Source: an uncultured Bacilli bacterium
Lineage (GTDB): Bacteria > Bacillota_I > Bacilli_A > RF39 > UBA660
DNA: 64,000 bases
Reading direction: 5' to 3'
NCBI GenBank assembly: GCA_934168005.1
Contig: CAKPMN010000001.1
Coordinates: 2,597 to 66,596, forward strand
The first letter of the stretch is position 1. Every line of letters starts with the position of its first letter. Shown one piece after another: positions 20,695 to 29,463 of the stretch. The notes below the pieces were generated by a model. The model had not been told where the DNA came from. It saw nothing but the letters and a program-made list of their open reading frames with translations, and did no database searches. The translations under genes and the position numbers were made by a program.

Positions 20695-21260
20695 ATGAAA
20701 TAAAAGATTATGCTCATAAAAATAATGTTCCAATTATGTTAGATGATGGAATAGAATTTTTAACTAATTATATAAGAGAGAATAATATAAAAAACATTTT
20801 AGAAATAGGAAGTGCGATAGGTTATTCTGCTATTTCAATGGCTCTTGTTAGTGATGATGTTCATGTTACTACAATTGAAAGAGATGTTAATCGTTATAAC
20901 GAGGCAATAAAAAATATTTCTAAAATGCATCTTGAAGATAGAATTAATGTTATATTATCTGATGCTTTTGATGTAGAACTTAATGATTGTTTTGATTTAA
21001 TATTTATTGATGCTGCTAAAGCTCAATATATTAAATTTTTTAATAAGTTTGATTCTAATCTTAAATCAGGTGGTGTTGTATTTTCTGATAATTTAAATTT
21101 TCATGGACTTACACATACAAATGAATATATCGAAAGCAGAAATGTTAGAGGTTTAGTTAGAAAGCTTAATCAATATATAGATTTTTTAAATGAAAATAAA
21201 GATTATAATACATCATTTTATGATATTGGTGATGGAATTAGCGTAAGTATAAAAAAATAG
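20679..21260 (+). CDS. SAM-dependent O-methyltransferase (YrrM-like)
   Basis: ILEIGSAIGYSAISMA is methyltransferase motif I, followed by DLIFIDAAK. It follows mltG as yrrM does in Bacillus. Confidence 0.75.
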   Translation: MVRILDEIKDYAHKNNVPIMLDDGIEFLTNYIRENNIKNILEIGSAIGYSAISMALVSDDVHVTTIERDVNRYNEAIKNISKMHLEDRINVILSDAFDVELNDCFDLIFIDAAKAQYIKFFNKFDSNLKSGGVVFSDNLNFHGLTHTNEYIESRNVRGLVRKLNQYIDFLNENKDYNTSFYDIGDGISVSIKK

Positions 21261-21261
21261 A

Positions 21262-21292
21262 GAAGACAAATAATTAAATTTGTCTTTTTAAT
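21262..21292 (+). terminator. Rho-independent terminator after the yrrM-like gene
   Basis: AGACAAAT-aatta-ATTTGTCT followed by a T-run. Confidence 0.6.
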
Positions 21293-21559
21293 TACAAAAA
21301 ATTAAGTTTAAGATAATAAGTATAGTAATTAATGAAACATATTATGTTGAGTCATGGTTAAAAAATTATGATTATAAGAAACTAAATAATGTATTTAAAA
21401 ATGAAGAGTTTAACATCTTTATTTTTTTATTGAATGCGCTTACATTTTTAAAACATAATGTTTTAAAATTATATATCTATTTTTTAAAATTATTATAATT
21501 AATTCATACTATAATAACAGGACAATTAATATAGTACGTTTAAGAGAGAAGGATATGAT

Positions 21560-21648
21560 ATGAGAGGTATTAATAGTAACTCTAATTTTTATCGTGTTAA
21601 CAGTACAAATATCAGTACTGGTTTTTATGTTTCCTTCTTTTCTAATTA
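21560..21648 (+). CDS. Candidate 29-codon leader ORF (MRGINSNSNFYRVNSTNISTGFYVSFFSN)
   Basis: ATG 21560 lies 7 nt after the RBS-like GAGAGAAGGA. The TAA stop at 21646-21648 falls in the loop of the hairpin that sequesters the RBS of the downstream giant gene. Confidence 0.25.
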
Positions 21649-21660
21649 AAAAGAAGGAGG
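21630..21660 (+). promoter_or_regulatory. RBS-sequestering hairpin upstream of the glycine-rich giant gene
   Basis: CCTTCTTTT (21633-21641) pairs with AAAAGAAGG (21649-21657) across a 7-nt loop, and flanking T:A and U:G pairs can extend the stem. The 3' arm contains the Shine-Dalgarno AAGGAGG (21654-21660) for ATG 21667. Confidence 0.45.
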
Positions 21661-21666
21661 ATATAA

Positions 21667-24600
21667 ATGAAAAAGGGTAAAAAAGGATTTGTAGTAAGTG
21701 CGGTATTGTACCCACTACTAGTATTATTTCTAGCAATAATCATGGGACTTTTATCAATGACAGATACAAGAAAAAGAATATTAGATAAAATGAAACTAGA
21801 AATAACAGATAATATATTTGATGATGCAGCATGCTCTTGCGATACAATATTAGCAAAACTAAACTACATTATCGCAAATGGAACAGGAGGCAGTGGCGGA
21901 GATACTGGATCATATGCATATAACAAATTAACACTAAATGTAAAAACATATGAAGCATATAGTGACTTTCCAGTGGTAGGAAACATAATAGGAGATATCG
22001 CAGTATTATCAGATACACCAATAAAAAACTATTATGTATCAACAAGTGTACCAAAAAGTCCACAAGAAGGAACAGTATGGATAGTACAAGATAATACAAG
22101 TAATTATTATGTAACAAGTGACTGGAATAGAATCGGTATAAGTTATGTAATGCAATATGAAAATAGTAAATGGGTATTAAAGAAATCATATGTATACAAT
22201 GGTGAGTCTTGGACAATGCTTTATTATGTAAAACTTAGTAATAGTTATGTAGATTTAACTGCAACAGATATAAATGCAGATATCGAGACAAACTTTGATT
22301 ATACTGGAGAATTTCAAATGTATACTGCAAGGTTTTCTGGATACTATAAGATAGAATTATGGGGAGCTCAGGGCGGAGTTATCTGGAGCGGAGGTAAAGG
22401 AGCATATACATCAGGAGAGATATATTTAGATGCAGGACAAGTCCTTTATATATATGTAGGCGGAAAAGGTTCTGGACAAACAGGGGGCTGGAACGGAGGC
22501 GGAAATGGTGGTACTAATAGTGGTGATGATCGAAGATATGGTCGTGGAGGCGGTGGAGCTACTGATGTTAGACTAGTGTCTACTAGTGACAAAGCCCTTT
22601 GGAATGAAACTTCTTCCTTACTTAGTAGAATTATGGTCGCAGCTGGAGGTGGAGGCGATGCTCACAGATACTATACCCCAGATAGTGGTAACTATTATTC
22701 TAATGGTTATGGCGGAGCCGGAGGGGGACTTAAAGGTTATGATGGTTCTGTAGCTGCTTCTAAAAATTGGGGAACTAGTGGACAACAAGGAATGGGTGCT
22801 AACCAAGCAACACCAGGTTATACTTTGAGTTTATTATCTTCTACTGGTGATTTTGGCTATGGAGGAACAACTCCTGAAACTGGAGCCGGTGGAGGCGGCG
22901 GTTGGTATGGAGGCGGTGCTTCTAATATAGGTGGAGTTGGAGCTGCTGGTGGATCTAGCTATATATCAGGTCATGCAGGATCAGATTCAGTTTCTATAGC
23001 TGAAACAAATAAACAAAATGGAAATATAGTTCATAGAGGTAGTAGTCATTATGATGAAAATTACTGGTTTAGAAACACTGATATGATAGATGGTAATGGA
23101 TATAGGTGGGGAGAAGAAAGATATTCTTCAGTAGTAGGTATGCCTACAATTGATGGAAGTACAACTATGACAGGAAATACTGGTAATGGGCATGCCAAAA
23201 TAACATTAATGACAGTACAAGTAATCGAGGAAAATGAATTAAATAAATTAAGACAAGATAGTGAAAAAGTTTGGAGTTATTCATATTCCGGTAATAGTCA
23301 GACCTTAGGAAAGTATCAATTGTTTGAAGCACCAGTATCTGGAACTTATTCTATAGAAGCATGGGGAGCTCAAGGTGGAGTTATTTGGAACGGTGGAAAA
23401 GGAGCATATACTTATGGCGACATAGACCTAAAGAAAGGTGAAAAACTATATGTATATGTTGGCGGAACAGGAAATGGCTCAATTGGCGGTTGGAACGGCG
23501 GTGGCAGTAACACTAATTCTGCAACAGCTGATGATCGAAGATATGGTCGAGGCGGAGGTGGAGCTACTGATATTAGATATCAATCAACATCCAGCATAGA
23601 TAGCTGGTATGGAATAGATTCAATTAAATCACGAATCATGGTTGCGGCAGGAGGCGGTGGAGATGCCCAAAGATATTATAATCCAGATAGCGGCAACTAT
23701 TATTCTAACGGCTATGGCGGAGCAGGAGGCGGAATTACCGGATACGATGGTTCTGTAGCTGCTTCTAAGAATGGTTGGAGTACTTATGATAATAGAGGTA
23801 CAGGTGCTGGGCAAGGAATTGCTGGATATATATATAATAATATTAAAAATACAGGAGCTTTTGCTCAAGGAGCAACTTCTCCCGACACAGGTGCTGGAGG
23901 CGGCGGAGGCTGGTATGGCGGTGGTGCATCACAAATAGGTGGTGTAGGAGCAGGAGGTGGCTCTTCATATATAAGTGGTCATAATGGCTCAAATTCAATA
24001 TCTGAGGAATCAACAACTGCAGATATTTTACATACTGGAAGTAGATATCATTATAGTAATTTTTATTTTAGTAATACAAAAATGATAGATGGGAACGGTT
24101 ATGAATGGTCTACTGTTAGAGGTGCTTTAGTTAGTATGCCAACAAAAGGAAAGACTAGTACTATGACTGGAAATACAGGAAATGGTTATGCGAGAATAGC
24201 CTTAAAAGAAATTAATGAAACTTCAAGAGATAAACAAGAAGAAAGCGAATGGCATTATGAATACGCTGGTAAAACAGCTAATACAGGATCTTATCAAGAA
24301 TTTACAGCTTCTGTATCAGGTGTTTATAGATTTGAACTATGGGGAGCTCAAGGTGGAGTTATCTGGAGTGGTGGAAAAGGATCATATACATCTGGTGAAA
24401 TGTATATGAATGCTGGAGAAAAACTTTACATATATGTAGGCTCTAAAGGAATTAATACATATGGTGGCTGGAATGGCGGAGGTGATGGTGCTATTTCAAC
24501 TGGAGATGATAGAAGGAATGGTCGAGGTGGCGGAGGAGCAACTGATATAAGAATATCAAAAACTTCAAATCTAAGTATAACGAATGAATATGATAGTTTA

Positions 24601-26160
24601 ACTTCACGAATCATGGTTGCTGCAGGAGGCGGCGGAGATGCTCAGCGATATTATAATCCAGATAGTGGTACTTATTATTCTAACGGCTACGGTGGAGCCG
24701 GAGGTGGACTTAAAGGTTATGATGGATATACAAATGGTAATAAGAACTGGAATTCAAATAATTCTCAAGGAATTGGAGGTACTCAGACTTTACCAGGATA
24801 TGAGTATTCTAGTTTAACTAAAACGGCATCATTTGGAGTTGGACAAACTACTACTGGAAATGGAGGAGGCGGCGGAGGCGGCTGGTATGGCGGAGGTGCT
24901 TCTGAGATATCTGGTATTGGAGGAGCTGGCGGATCAAGCTATATACTTGGCCATAGTGGTTGTAGTTCTATAAGTAGTGACAGTAGCTATGCTAACTTAA
25001 TACACACAGGAAGTTCTTATAATGATAATAAAGAGAATTATTATTTTACAAATACACAGATGATAGATGGCAATGGTTACTCATGGGGCGATTATAAGAA
25101 AAACGCAACATCTCAACCTACGATTGATGGATCTTCTACTCAAACTGGTAAATCTGGAGATGGCTATGCTAAAATTACGTTAAAAGAAAAGAAAAATTCC
25201 TCAAGAGAGAAAAAGAATGAAACAAGTTGGCTTTATACTTATGCTGGTACAACTTCACTTTCAGGACAATATCAAGAATTTAATGTTGAAATGAGTGGAA
25301 CATATAAGATTCAATTATGGGGAGCTCAAGGTGGATCAATATGGAGTGGCGGGAAAGGTGGTTATACAGAAGGTAACATTTATTTAACAAAAGGTACTCA
25401 ATTATATATTTATGTAGGTGGAACGACTAATAATACTACTGGTGGATATAATGGTGGTGGAAATGGTGCTGTTTCAACTGGTGATGATAGAAGAACTGGT
25501 CGAGGCGGAGGTGGCTCTACTGATATCAGATTAGTATCTGGTTCGTGGGTTGATGCAAAAGGTATAAACTCACGAATTATGGTTGCAGCTGGAGGTGGCG
25601 GTGATGCTCACAGATACTATAGTCCGGATAGTGGCAACTACTATTCTAATGGCTATGGCGGCTCAGCAGGTGGACTTAAAGGTTATGATGGATATACAAA
25701 TGGTAATAAAAATTGGCATTCTAATGGACAACAAGGAATTGGAGGAACTCAATCAAAACCTGGGTATACTCTTTCTGTTACTTCAAACATTGCTTCTCTT
25801 GGTATAGGTGGAACTACTACTGGAAATGGAGCAGGAGGAGGCGGTGGATATTATGGAGGTGGAGCTTCTAATATGGGTGGTATTGGAGGAGCTGGCGGTT
25901 CAAGTTATATATCAGGACATGAAGGATGTATTGCAATTGATGCATCTGGTTCTCCTCTTGTTGATAGTTATACTACTTTGGCTGATTCAGTTCATTTATC
26001 TGGATATAAATTTACAAATACATATATGGTAGATGGAAATGGATATTTCTGGGATACTGAAAAACGTACTTTGGTTAATCAATATGATAATACAGGCACA
26101 ACTACTCAAGCAGGTCAAAGTGGTAATGGATATGCCAAGATAACATATTTAGGAGCTTAG
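21667..26160 (+). CDS. Giant membrane-anchored protein with four tandem ALK/LTK-type glycine-rich (Pfam Gly_rich PF12810-like, polyglycine-II) domains
   Basis: A 1,497-aa ORF with a strong RBS (AAGGAGG) and a signal-anchor N-terminus. Four roughly 326-334 aa units each contain WGAQGG..GGKG.YT.G...L..G..LY.YVGG, then DDRR.GRGGGG.TD.R, SRIMVAAGGGGDA.RYY.PDSG.YYSNGYGG.GGGL.GYDG, GAGGGGGWYGGGAS, GGSSYISGH, MIDGNGY.W and G..GNGYAKITL. Confidence 0.85.
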   Translation: MKKGKKGFVVSAVLYPLLVLFLAIIMGLLSMTDTRKRILDKMKLEITDNIFDDAACSCDTILAKLNYIIANGTGGSGGDTGSYAYNKLTLNVKTYEAYSDFPVVGNIIGDIAVLSDTPIKNYYVSTSVPKSPQEGTVWIVQDNTSNYYVTSDWNRIGISYVMQYENSKWVLKKSYVYNGESWTMLYYVKLSNSYVDLTATDINADIETNFDYTGEFQMYTARFSGYYKIELWGAQGGVIWSGGKGAYTSGEIYLDAGQVLYIYVGGKGSGQTGGWNGGGNGGTNSGDDRRYGRGGGGATDVRLVSTSDKALWNETSSLLSRIMVAAGGGGDAHRYYTPDSGNYYSNGYGGAGGGLKGYDGSVAASKNWGTSGQQGMGANQATPGYTLSLLSSTGDFGYGGTTPETGAGGGGGWYGGGASNIGGVGAAGGSSYISGHAGSDSVSIAETNKQNGNIVHRGSSHYDENYWFRNTDMIDGNGYRWGEERYSSVVGMPTIDGSTTMTGNTGNGHAKITLMTVQVIEENELNKLRQDSEKVWSYSYSGNSQTLGKYQLFEAPVSGTYSIEAWGAQGGVIWNGGKGAYTYGDIDLKKGEKLYVYVGGTGNGSIGGWNGGGSNTNSATADDRRYGRGGGGATDIRYQSTSSIDSWYGIDSIKSRIMVAAGGGGDAQRYYNPDSGNYYSNGYGGAGGGITGYDGSVAASKNGWSTYDNRGTGAGQGIAGYIYNNIKNTGAFAQGATSPDTGAGGGGGWYGGGASQIGGVGAGGGSSYISGHNGSNSISEESTTADILHTGSRYHYSNFYFSNTKMIDGNGYEWSTVRGALVSMPTKGKTSTMTGNTGNGYARIALKEINETSRDKQEESEWHYEYAGKTANTGSYQEFTASVSGVYRFELWGAQGGVIWSGGKGSYTSGEMYMNAGEKLYIYVGSKGINTYGGWNGGGDGAISTGDDRRNGRGGGGATDIRISKTSNLSITNEYDSLTSRIMVAAGGGGDAQRYYNPDSGTYYSNGYGGAGGGLKGYDGYTNGNKNWNSNNSQGIGGTQTLPGYEYSSLTKTASFGVGQTTTGNGGGGGGGWYGGGASEISGIGGAGGSSYILGHSGCSSISSDSSYANLIHTGSSYNDNKENYYFTNTQMIDGNGYSWGDYKKNATSQPTIDGSSTQTGKSGDGYAKITLKEKKNSSREKKNETSWLYTYAGTTSLSGQYQEFNVEMSGTYKIQLWGAQGGSIWSGGKGGYTEGNIYLTKGTQLYIYVGGTTNNTTGGYNGGGNGAVSTGDDRRTGRGGGGSTDIRLVSGSWVDAKGINSRIMVAAGGGGDAHRYYSPDSGNYYSNGYGGSAGGLKGYDGYTNGNKNWHSNGQQGIGGTQSKPGYTLSVTSNIASLGIGGTTTGNGAGGGGGYYGGGASNMGGIGGAGGSSYISGHEGCIAIDASGSPLVDSYTTLADSVHLSGYKFTNTYMVDGNGYFWDTEKRTLVNQYDNTGTTTQAGQSGNGYAKITYLGA
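22279..26157 (+). repeat. Four in-frame tandem repeat units of about 0.98-1.0 kb inside the glycine-rich gene
   Basis: The unit anchor tggggagctca[ag]gg[ct]gga (WGAQGG) recurs at about 22353, 23355, 24333 and 25312. Other segments are conserved at nucleotide level (gatgatcgaagatatggtcg[at]ggcggaggtggagctactgat), although the units have diverged in codon choice. Confidence 0.85.
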
Positions 26161-26163
26161 CCT

Positions 26164-26757
26164 ATGAAATTTAATAATAAAAAAATAATAACAGTATTAC
26201 TAGTACTTTTAATAGTATTAGTAATGCTTGCTATTATATTTAATTTTATAAAAAAAGATAATAATAAAAAAATAGATTTAGCTATTTCTACTTACAATAA
26301 AATACATACTTTATATTTGTCAGGAAATGGCATTGAATATGTTTATGATGATGCCTATAATAGAAGGTATATAGAAGAAGATAATAATAAATATTATGAA
26401 ATAAAAAATAAAGATTTATTTACAAATTTAATATCAGAGAAATCTCTTGATAAGTTACTAGATTCTTTGAATATAAAAGAAAAAGATGATAAATATTATA
26501 TAAGTGATTTTGGAAGAGGTATTTCTAATTACTATGGTACTAAATTTAAAATAAAACATAGGAGAAAAAATAAAATAGAATATATAGCTATTTCTACTTT
26601 TTGCAAAAAAGATTTTATTGTATATTACGGAGATAGATGTATGATAGATGGCTATTATGAAATAGAAAAACCATTTACTTTGGTAAAAGAAGATGGGGTT
26701 TGGAAAGTTCTAGAATATACATCAATCTTTCAATTTAGTGATCGAGAACTTAAATAA
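26164..26757 (+). CDS. Membrane-anchored protein translationally coupled to the glycine-rich gene
   Basis: Its ATG lies 3 nt after the upstream TAG stop. It has an N-terminal TM helix (KIITVLLVLLIVLVMLAIIF) followed by a Lys/Tyr/Asp-rich ectodomain. Confidence 0.5.
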   Translation: MKFNNKKIITVLLVLLIVLVMLAIIFNFIKKDNNKKIDLAISTYNKIHTLYLSGNGIEYVYDDAYNRRYIEEDNNKYYEIKNKDLFTNLISEKSLDKLLDSLNIKEKDDKYYISDFGRGISNYYGTKFKIKHRRKNKIEYIAISTFCKKDFIVYYGDRCMIDGYYEIEKPFTLVKEDGVWKVLEYTSIFQFSDRELK

Positions 26758-26786
26758 CGCAATGCGTTATTTTTGTTTTGACTATA
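26756..26786 (+). terminator. Rho-independent terminator closing the glycine-rich operon
   Basis: AACGC-aat-GCGTT followed by TTTTTGTTTT. Confidence 0.5.
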
Positions 26787-26831
26787 TTTTTTTAAAATAA
26801 TTTAGTATAATGTTTCTAAGAGGTGATATTT

Positions 26832-28106
26832 ATGTTTATTGATCAAGTTACTATGGAGTTATATGCTGGAGATGGGGGAAATGGCTGTATGGCTTTTCGA
26901 CGTGAAAAGTATATATCTATGGGAGGACCTTTTGGAGGAAATGGTGGAAAAGGATCTGATATTGTATTTGAAGTTGATGAAGGACTAAATACACTAATTG
27001 ATTTAAAATATCACCGTATTGTAAAAGGAAATAAGGGTGCAAATGGATTAGGAAAAGGCATGCATGGTGCTGGTGCTGACGATATTATAATAAAAGTTCC
27101 AGCTGGTACTATTATTACCGACCTAGATACAGGCTTAGTTATGGCTGATTTAACTAATAAAAATGATAGAGTTATAGCGGCTTATGGTGGTCGTGGTGGT
27201 AGAGGTAACATTGCTTTTGCGACTCGTAGTAATCCGGCTCCAGCATTCTGTGAAAATGGGGAACCTGGTGAAGTTAGACATGTTAAGGTTGAATTAAAAC
27301 TTCTTGCTGATGTTGGATTAGTTGGACTTCCATCTGTTGGAAAAAGTACAATTATTTCTGATATATCTGCATCTAAACCTAAAATAGCAGCATATCATTT
27401 TACAACTTTAGTTCCTAATTTAGGTGTTGCAAGAAGCAGAAGCGGAAAATCTTTTGTAGTTGCGGATATGCCTGGTTTGATTGAAGGAGCTTCTTTAGGT
27501 GAAGGATTAGGAGATCAGTTTTTAAAACATATTGAAAGAACTCGCGTAATTGCTCATGTTGTTGATATGAGTGGATATGAGGGAAGAAATCCATATGATG
27601 ATTATGTTTTAATAAATAAAGAATTAGAAGCTTTTAATCCTAAACTTCTTTTAAGACCACAGATTATTATCGCTAATAAGATGGATATTGAAGGAGCTTT
27701 GGAAAACTTAAATGAATTTTCTAAAAAAGTTGGAGATGTAAAAATATTTAAAGTGTCAGCTGCTTTAAATCAAGGATTAGAAGATGTAGTTGATTATTTA
27801 GGGGATCTACTTGATACTATTCCAAAGGAAGCTTTGATAAATGAGGAAGAGTTTGAAAGTCATGTTTTATATAAATTTAAAAGAGAAGAACCTTTCCAAA
27901 TTTATAAAGAAGGAAATACTTTTGTTGTAAGAGGAGACGAAGTTGAAAAACTTCTTCGAATGACTAAGTTCCAAACAGAAGAATCTGCAAGAAGATTTGC
28001 AAATAAGCTTCGTAAAATGGGGATAGATGATAAACTTCGTGAAATGGGTGCGGTTGATGGTGATACTATACGTATCTTAGATTTAGAATTTGAATTTAAG
28101 GAGTAA
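26832..28106 (+). CDS. obg: GTPase Obg (CgtA)
   Basis: An Obg-fold N-terminus (MELYAGDGGNGCMAFRREKY with glycine-rich repeats), a G domain (GLVGLPSVGKST, DMPGLIEGA, NKMD) and a C-terminal OCT domain. The start is ATG 26832 after AGAGGTG. Confidence 0.95.
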   Translation: MFIDQVTMELYAGDGGNGCMAFRREKYISMGGPFGGNGGKGSDIVFEVDEGLNTLIDLKYHRIVKGNKGANGLGKGMHGAGADDIIIKVPAGTIITDLDTGLVMADLTNKNDRVIAAYGGRGGRGNIAFATRSNPAPAFCENGEPGEVRHVKVELKLLADVGLVGLPSVGKSTIISDISASKPKIAAYHFTTLVPNLGVARSRSGKSFVVADMPGLIEGASLGEGLGDQFLKHIERTRVIAHVVDMSGYEGRNPYDDYVLINKELEAFNPKLLLRPQIIIANKMDIEGALENLNEFSKKVGDVKIFKVSAALNQGLEDVVDYLGDLLDTIPKEALINEEEFESHVLYKFKREEPFQIYKEGNTFVVRGDEVEKLLRMTKFQTEESARRFANKLRKMGIDDKLREMGAVDGDTIRILDLEFEFKE

Positions 28107-28108
28107 TT

Positions 28109-28612
28109 ATGGATATAAAAATAGGTCAAATATTAAGATTGGATCAACATAACAGAGTCATTATAATTCATAGTGATGGTACATATGATGTAGTTTCATC
28201 ATCATTAGACGATGAAGCTTACTATTACATTATGTATTTTAAGGAATATTTAAAGTATAATTATTTGGATGATAATGATATTCAAAGATTTAAGGAAACT
28301 GCTAGTCAACCAGCTACTTTAATATATTTAATGCTTAAAAATCATAATGACTTAATATTTACTGATACTAGTAGATATGAAGAAGATGCTAAATATGGTA
28401 TTTTCTATTTACCTGATTATATTACAGAAGAACAAAAAGATGTTTATGATCGGATGAAGAAAGTATATTTTTCTCATTTTAATGAATTACTTGTTAATTG
28501 TGATTACTACATTAATGAATATCAATTAGTTGATTGCAAAGTATATGAACATGTTGTTCCACCTGATTTTGCTAAATTAGAAGAACATCTTCATGTTAAG
28601 AGGCAAAAATGA
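28109..28612 (+). CDS. Hypothetical protein
   Basis: A 167-aa ORF between obg and truB that overlaps the truB start by 4 nt. Confidence 0.45.
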   Translation: MDIKIGQILRLDQHNRVIIIHSDGTYDVVSSSLDDEAYYYIMYFKEYLKYNYLDDNDIQRFKETASQPATLIYLMLKNHNDLIFTDTSRYEEDAKYGIFYLPDYITEEQKDVYDRMKKVYFSHFNELLVNCDYYINEYQLVDCKVYEHVVPPDFAKLEEHLHVKRQK

Positions 28613-29463
28613 ATGGAATAATTGTTGTTGATAAGCCAAGTGGTTATACTTCTCGCGATGTTGTTAATGTATTGAGTAAGAAGTTTCATACTAAAAAGAT
28701 AGGTCATGCTGGTACACTTGATCCTATGGCTACAGGTGTTTTAGTCATTGCTTTTGGCAAATATACTAAATTACTTGAAATATTAACAGGTCTAGAAAAA
28801 GAGTATGAGTTTGAATGTGTATTTGGCATTAGTACTGATACATATGATATAGAAGGCAAAGTATTGGAAGATAAGAAAGTTACTCTTAGTAAAGATGATA
28901 TAAAAAAAGCAATTGATAATTTTCCAGTAACTTATATGCAGGAAGTTCCAAAATATTCTGCCATTAAAATAAATGGTAAAAAGTTATATGAGTATGCTCG
29001 TTTAGGTGAAGATGTACCTCTTCCAAAAAGAGAGGTTCATATAGAGAGTTTTAATTATATAAATTCTTATGATAAAGATAATCATACATATTTAAAGGCA
29101 GATGTCGAAGTTAGTAAGGGAACTTATATAAGAAGCTTGATTGTTGATTTAGCTAATATGTTAGATACGTCTTCTTGTATGACTTCTTTAAGAAGAATAA
29201 GTCAGGGAAAATTTTCTATTGATACTTCTTATACTCTTGATGATATACTTAATGATAAATATGAATTGGTTCCTTTATCAACTGCTTTAGCTGATATACC
29301 AAAAAGAGAAGTAACTAGTGATGAAGAATTAATTATAAGAAATGGTGGCCTTATAAAAGATAGCTTTGATATAGTTTTATATACTTATTGTGATAAAGAA
29401 TTAGCTATTTATAAAAGATATGAAAAAGATTTAAAATATCTAAAACCTTGGAAGATGCTTTAG
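28609..29463 (+). CDS. truB: tRNA pseudouridine(55) synthase TruB
   Basis: MNGIIVVDKPSGYTSRDVV...GHAGTLDPMATGVLV is the TruB catalytic-Asp motif. Confidence 0.9.
   Translation: MNGIIVVDKPSGYTSRDVVNVLSKKFHTKKIGHAGTLDPMATGVLVIAFGKYTKLLEILTGLEKEYEFECVFGISTDTYDIEGKVLEDKKVTLSKDDIKKAIDNFPVTYMQEVPKYSAIKINGKKLYEYARLGEDVPLPKREVHIESFNYINSYDKDNHTYLKADVEVSKGTYIRSLIVDLANMLDTSSCMTSLRRISQGKFSIDTSYTLDDILNDKYELVPLSTALADIPKREVTSDEELIIRNGGLIKDSFDIVLYTYCDKELAIYKRYEKDLKYLKPWKML

Noticed and set aside
21667-21760. The N-terminus MKKGKKG-FVVSAVL resembles a type IV pilin or pseudopilin class III leader. That leader has a basic segment ending in Gly, then Phe.
   Set aside because: The invariant Glu at +5 of mature pilins is missing; the residue there is Ala/Ser. 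The hydrophobic stretch is longer than a pilin N-terminal helix and continues into a standard signal-anchor, so a prepilin-peptidase substrate is unlikely.
21869-26032. Many short ORFs, mostly antisense, lie inside the giant gene. Examples are 21869-22216, 22618-22806, 23629-23868 and 24426-24614 with PPPPRP, and also 24617-24817, 25583-25807 and 25808-26032.
   Set aside because: They are by-products of the glycine codon bias (GGN) of the real + strand gene. The antisense strand reads as CCN/NCC (Pro, Ser, Ala) and the out-of-frame sense frames stay open for the same reason. They have no RBS and no conservation logic, and the 4.5-kb + strand frame is clearly the real one.
22279-26157. The roughly 1-kb tandem periodicity could suggest a CRISPR array or a satellite.
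   Set aside because: The units are long, in-frame and diverged coding repeats of about 980-1000 bp with no short repeat-spacer structure. They are protein domain repeats.
26778-26811. TTGACT plus TATAAT upstream of obg as a sigma-A promoter.
   Set aside because: The spacing between the two hexamers is about 22 bp, which is too long for a canonical 17±1 promoter. The real -35 element, if there is one, is not obvious, so this was not annotated as a feature.
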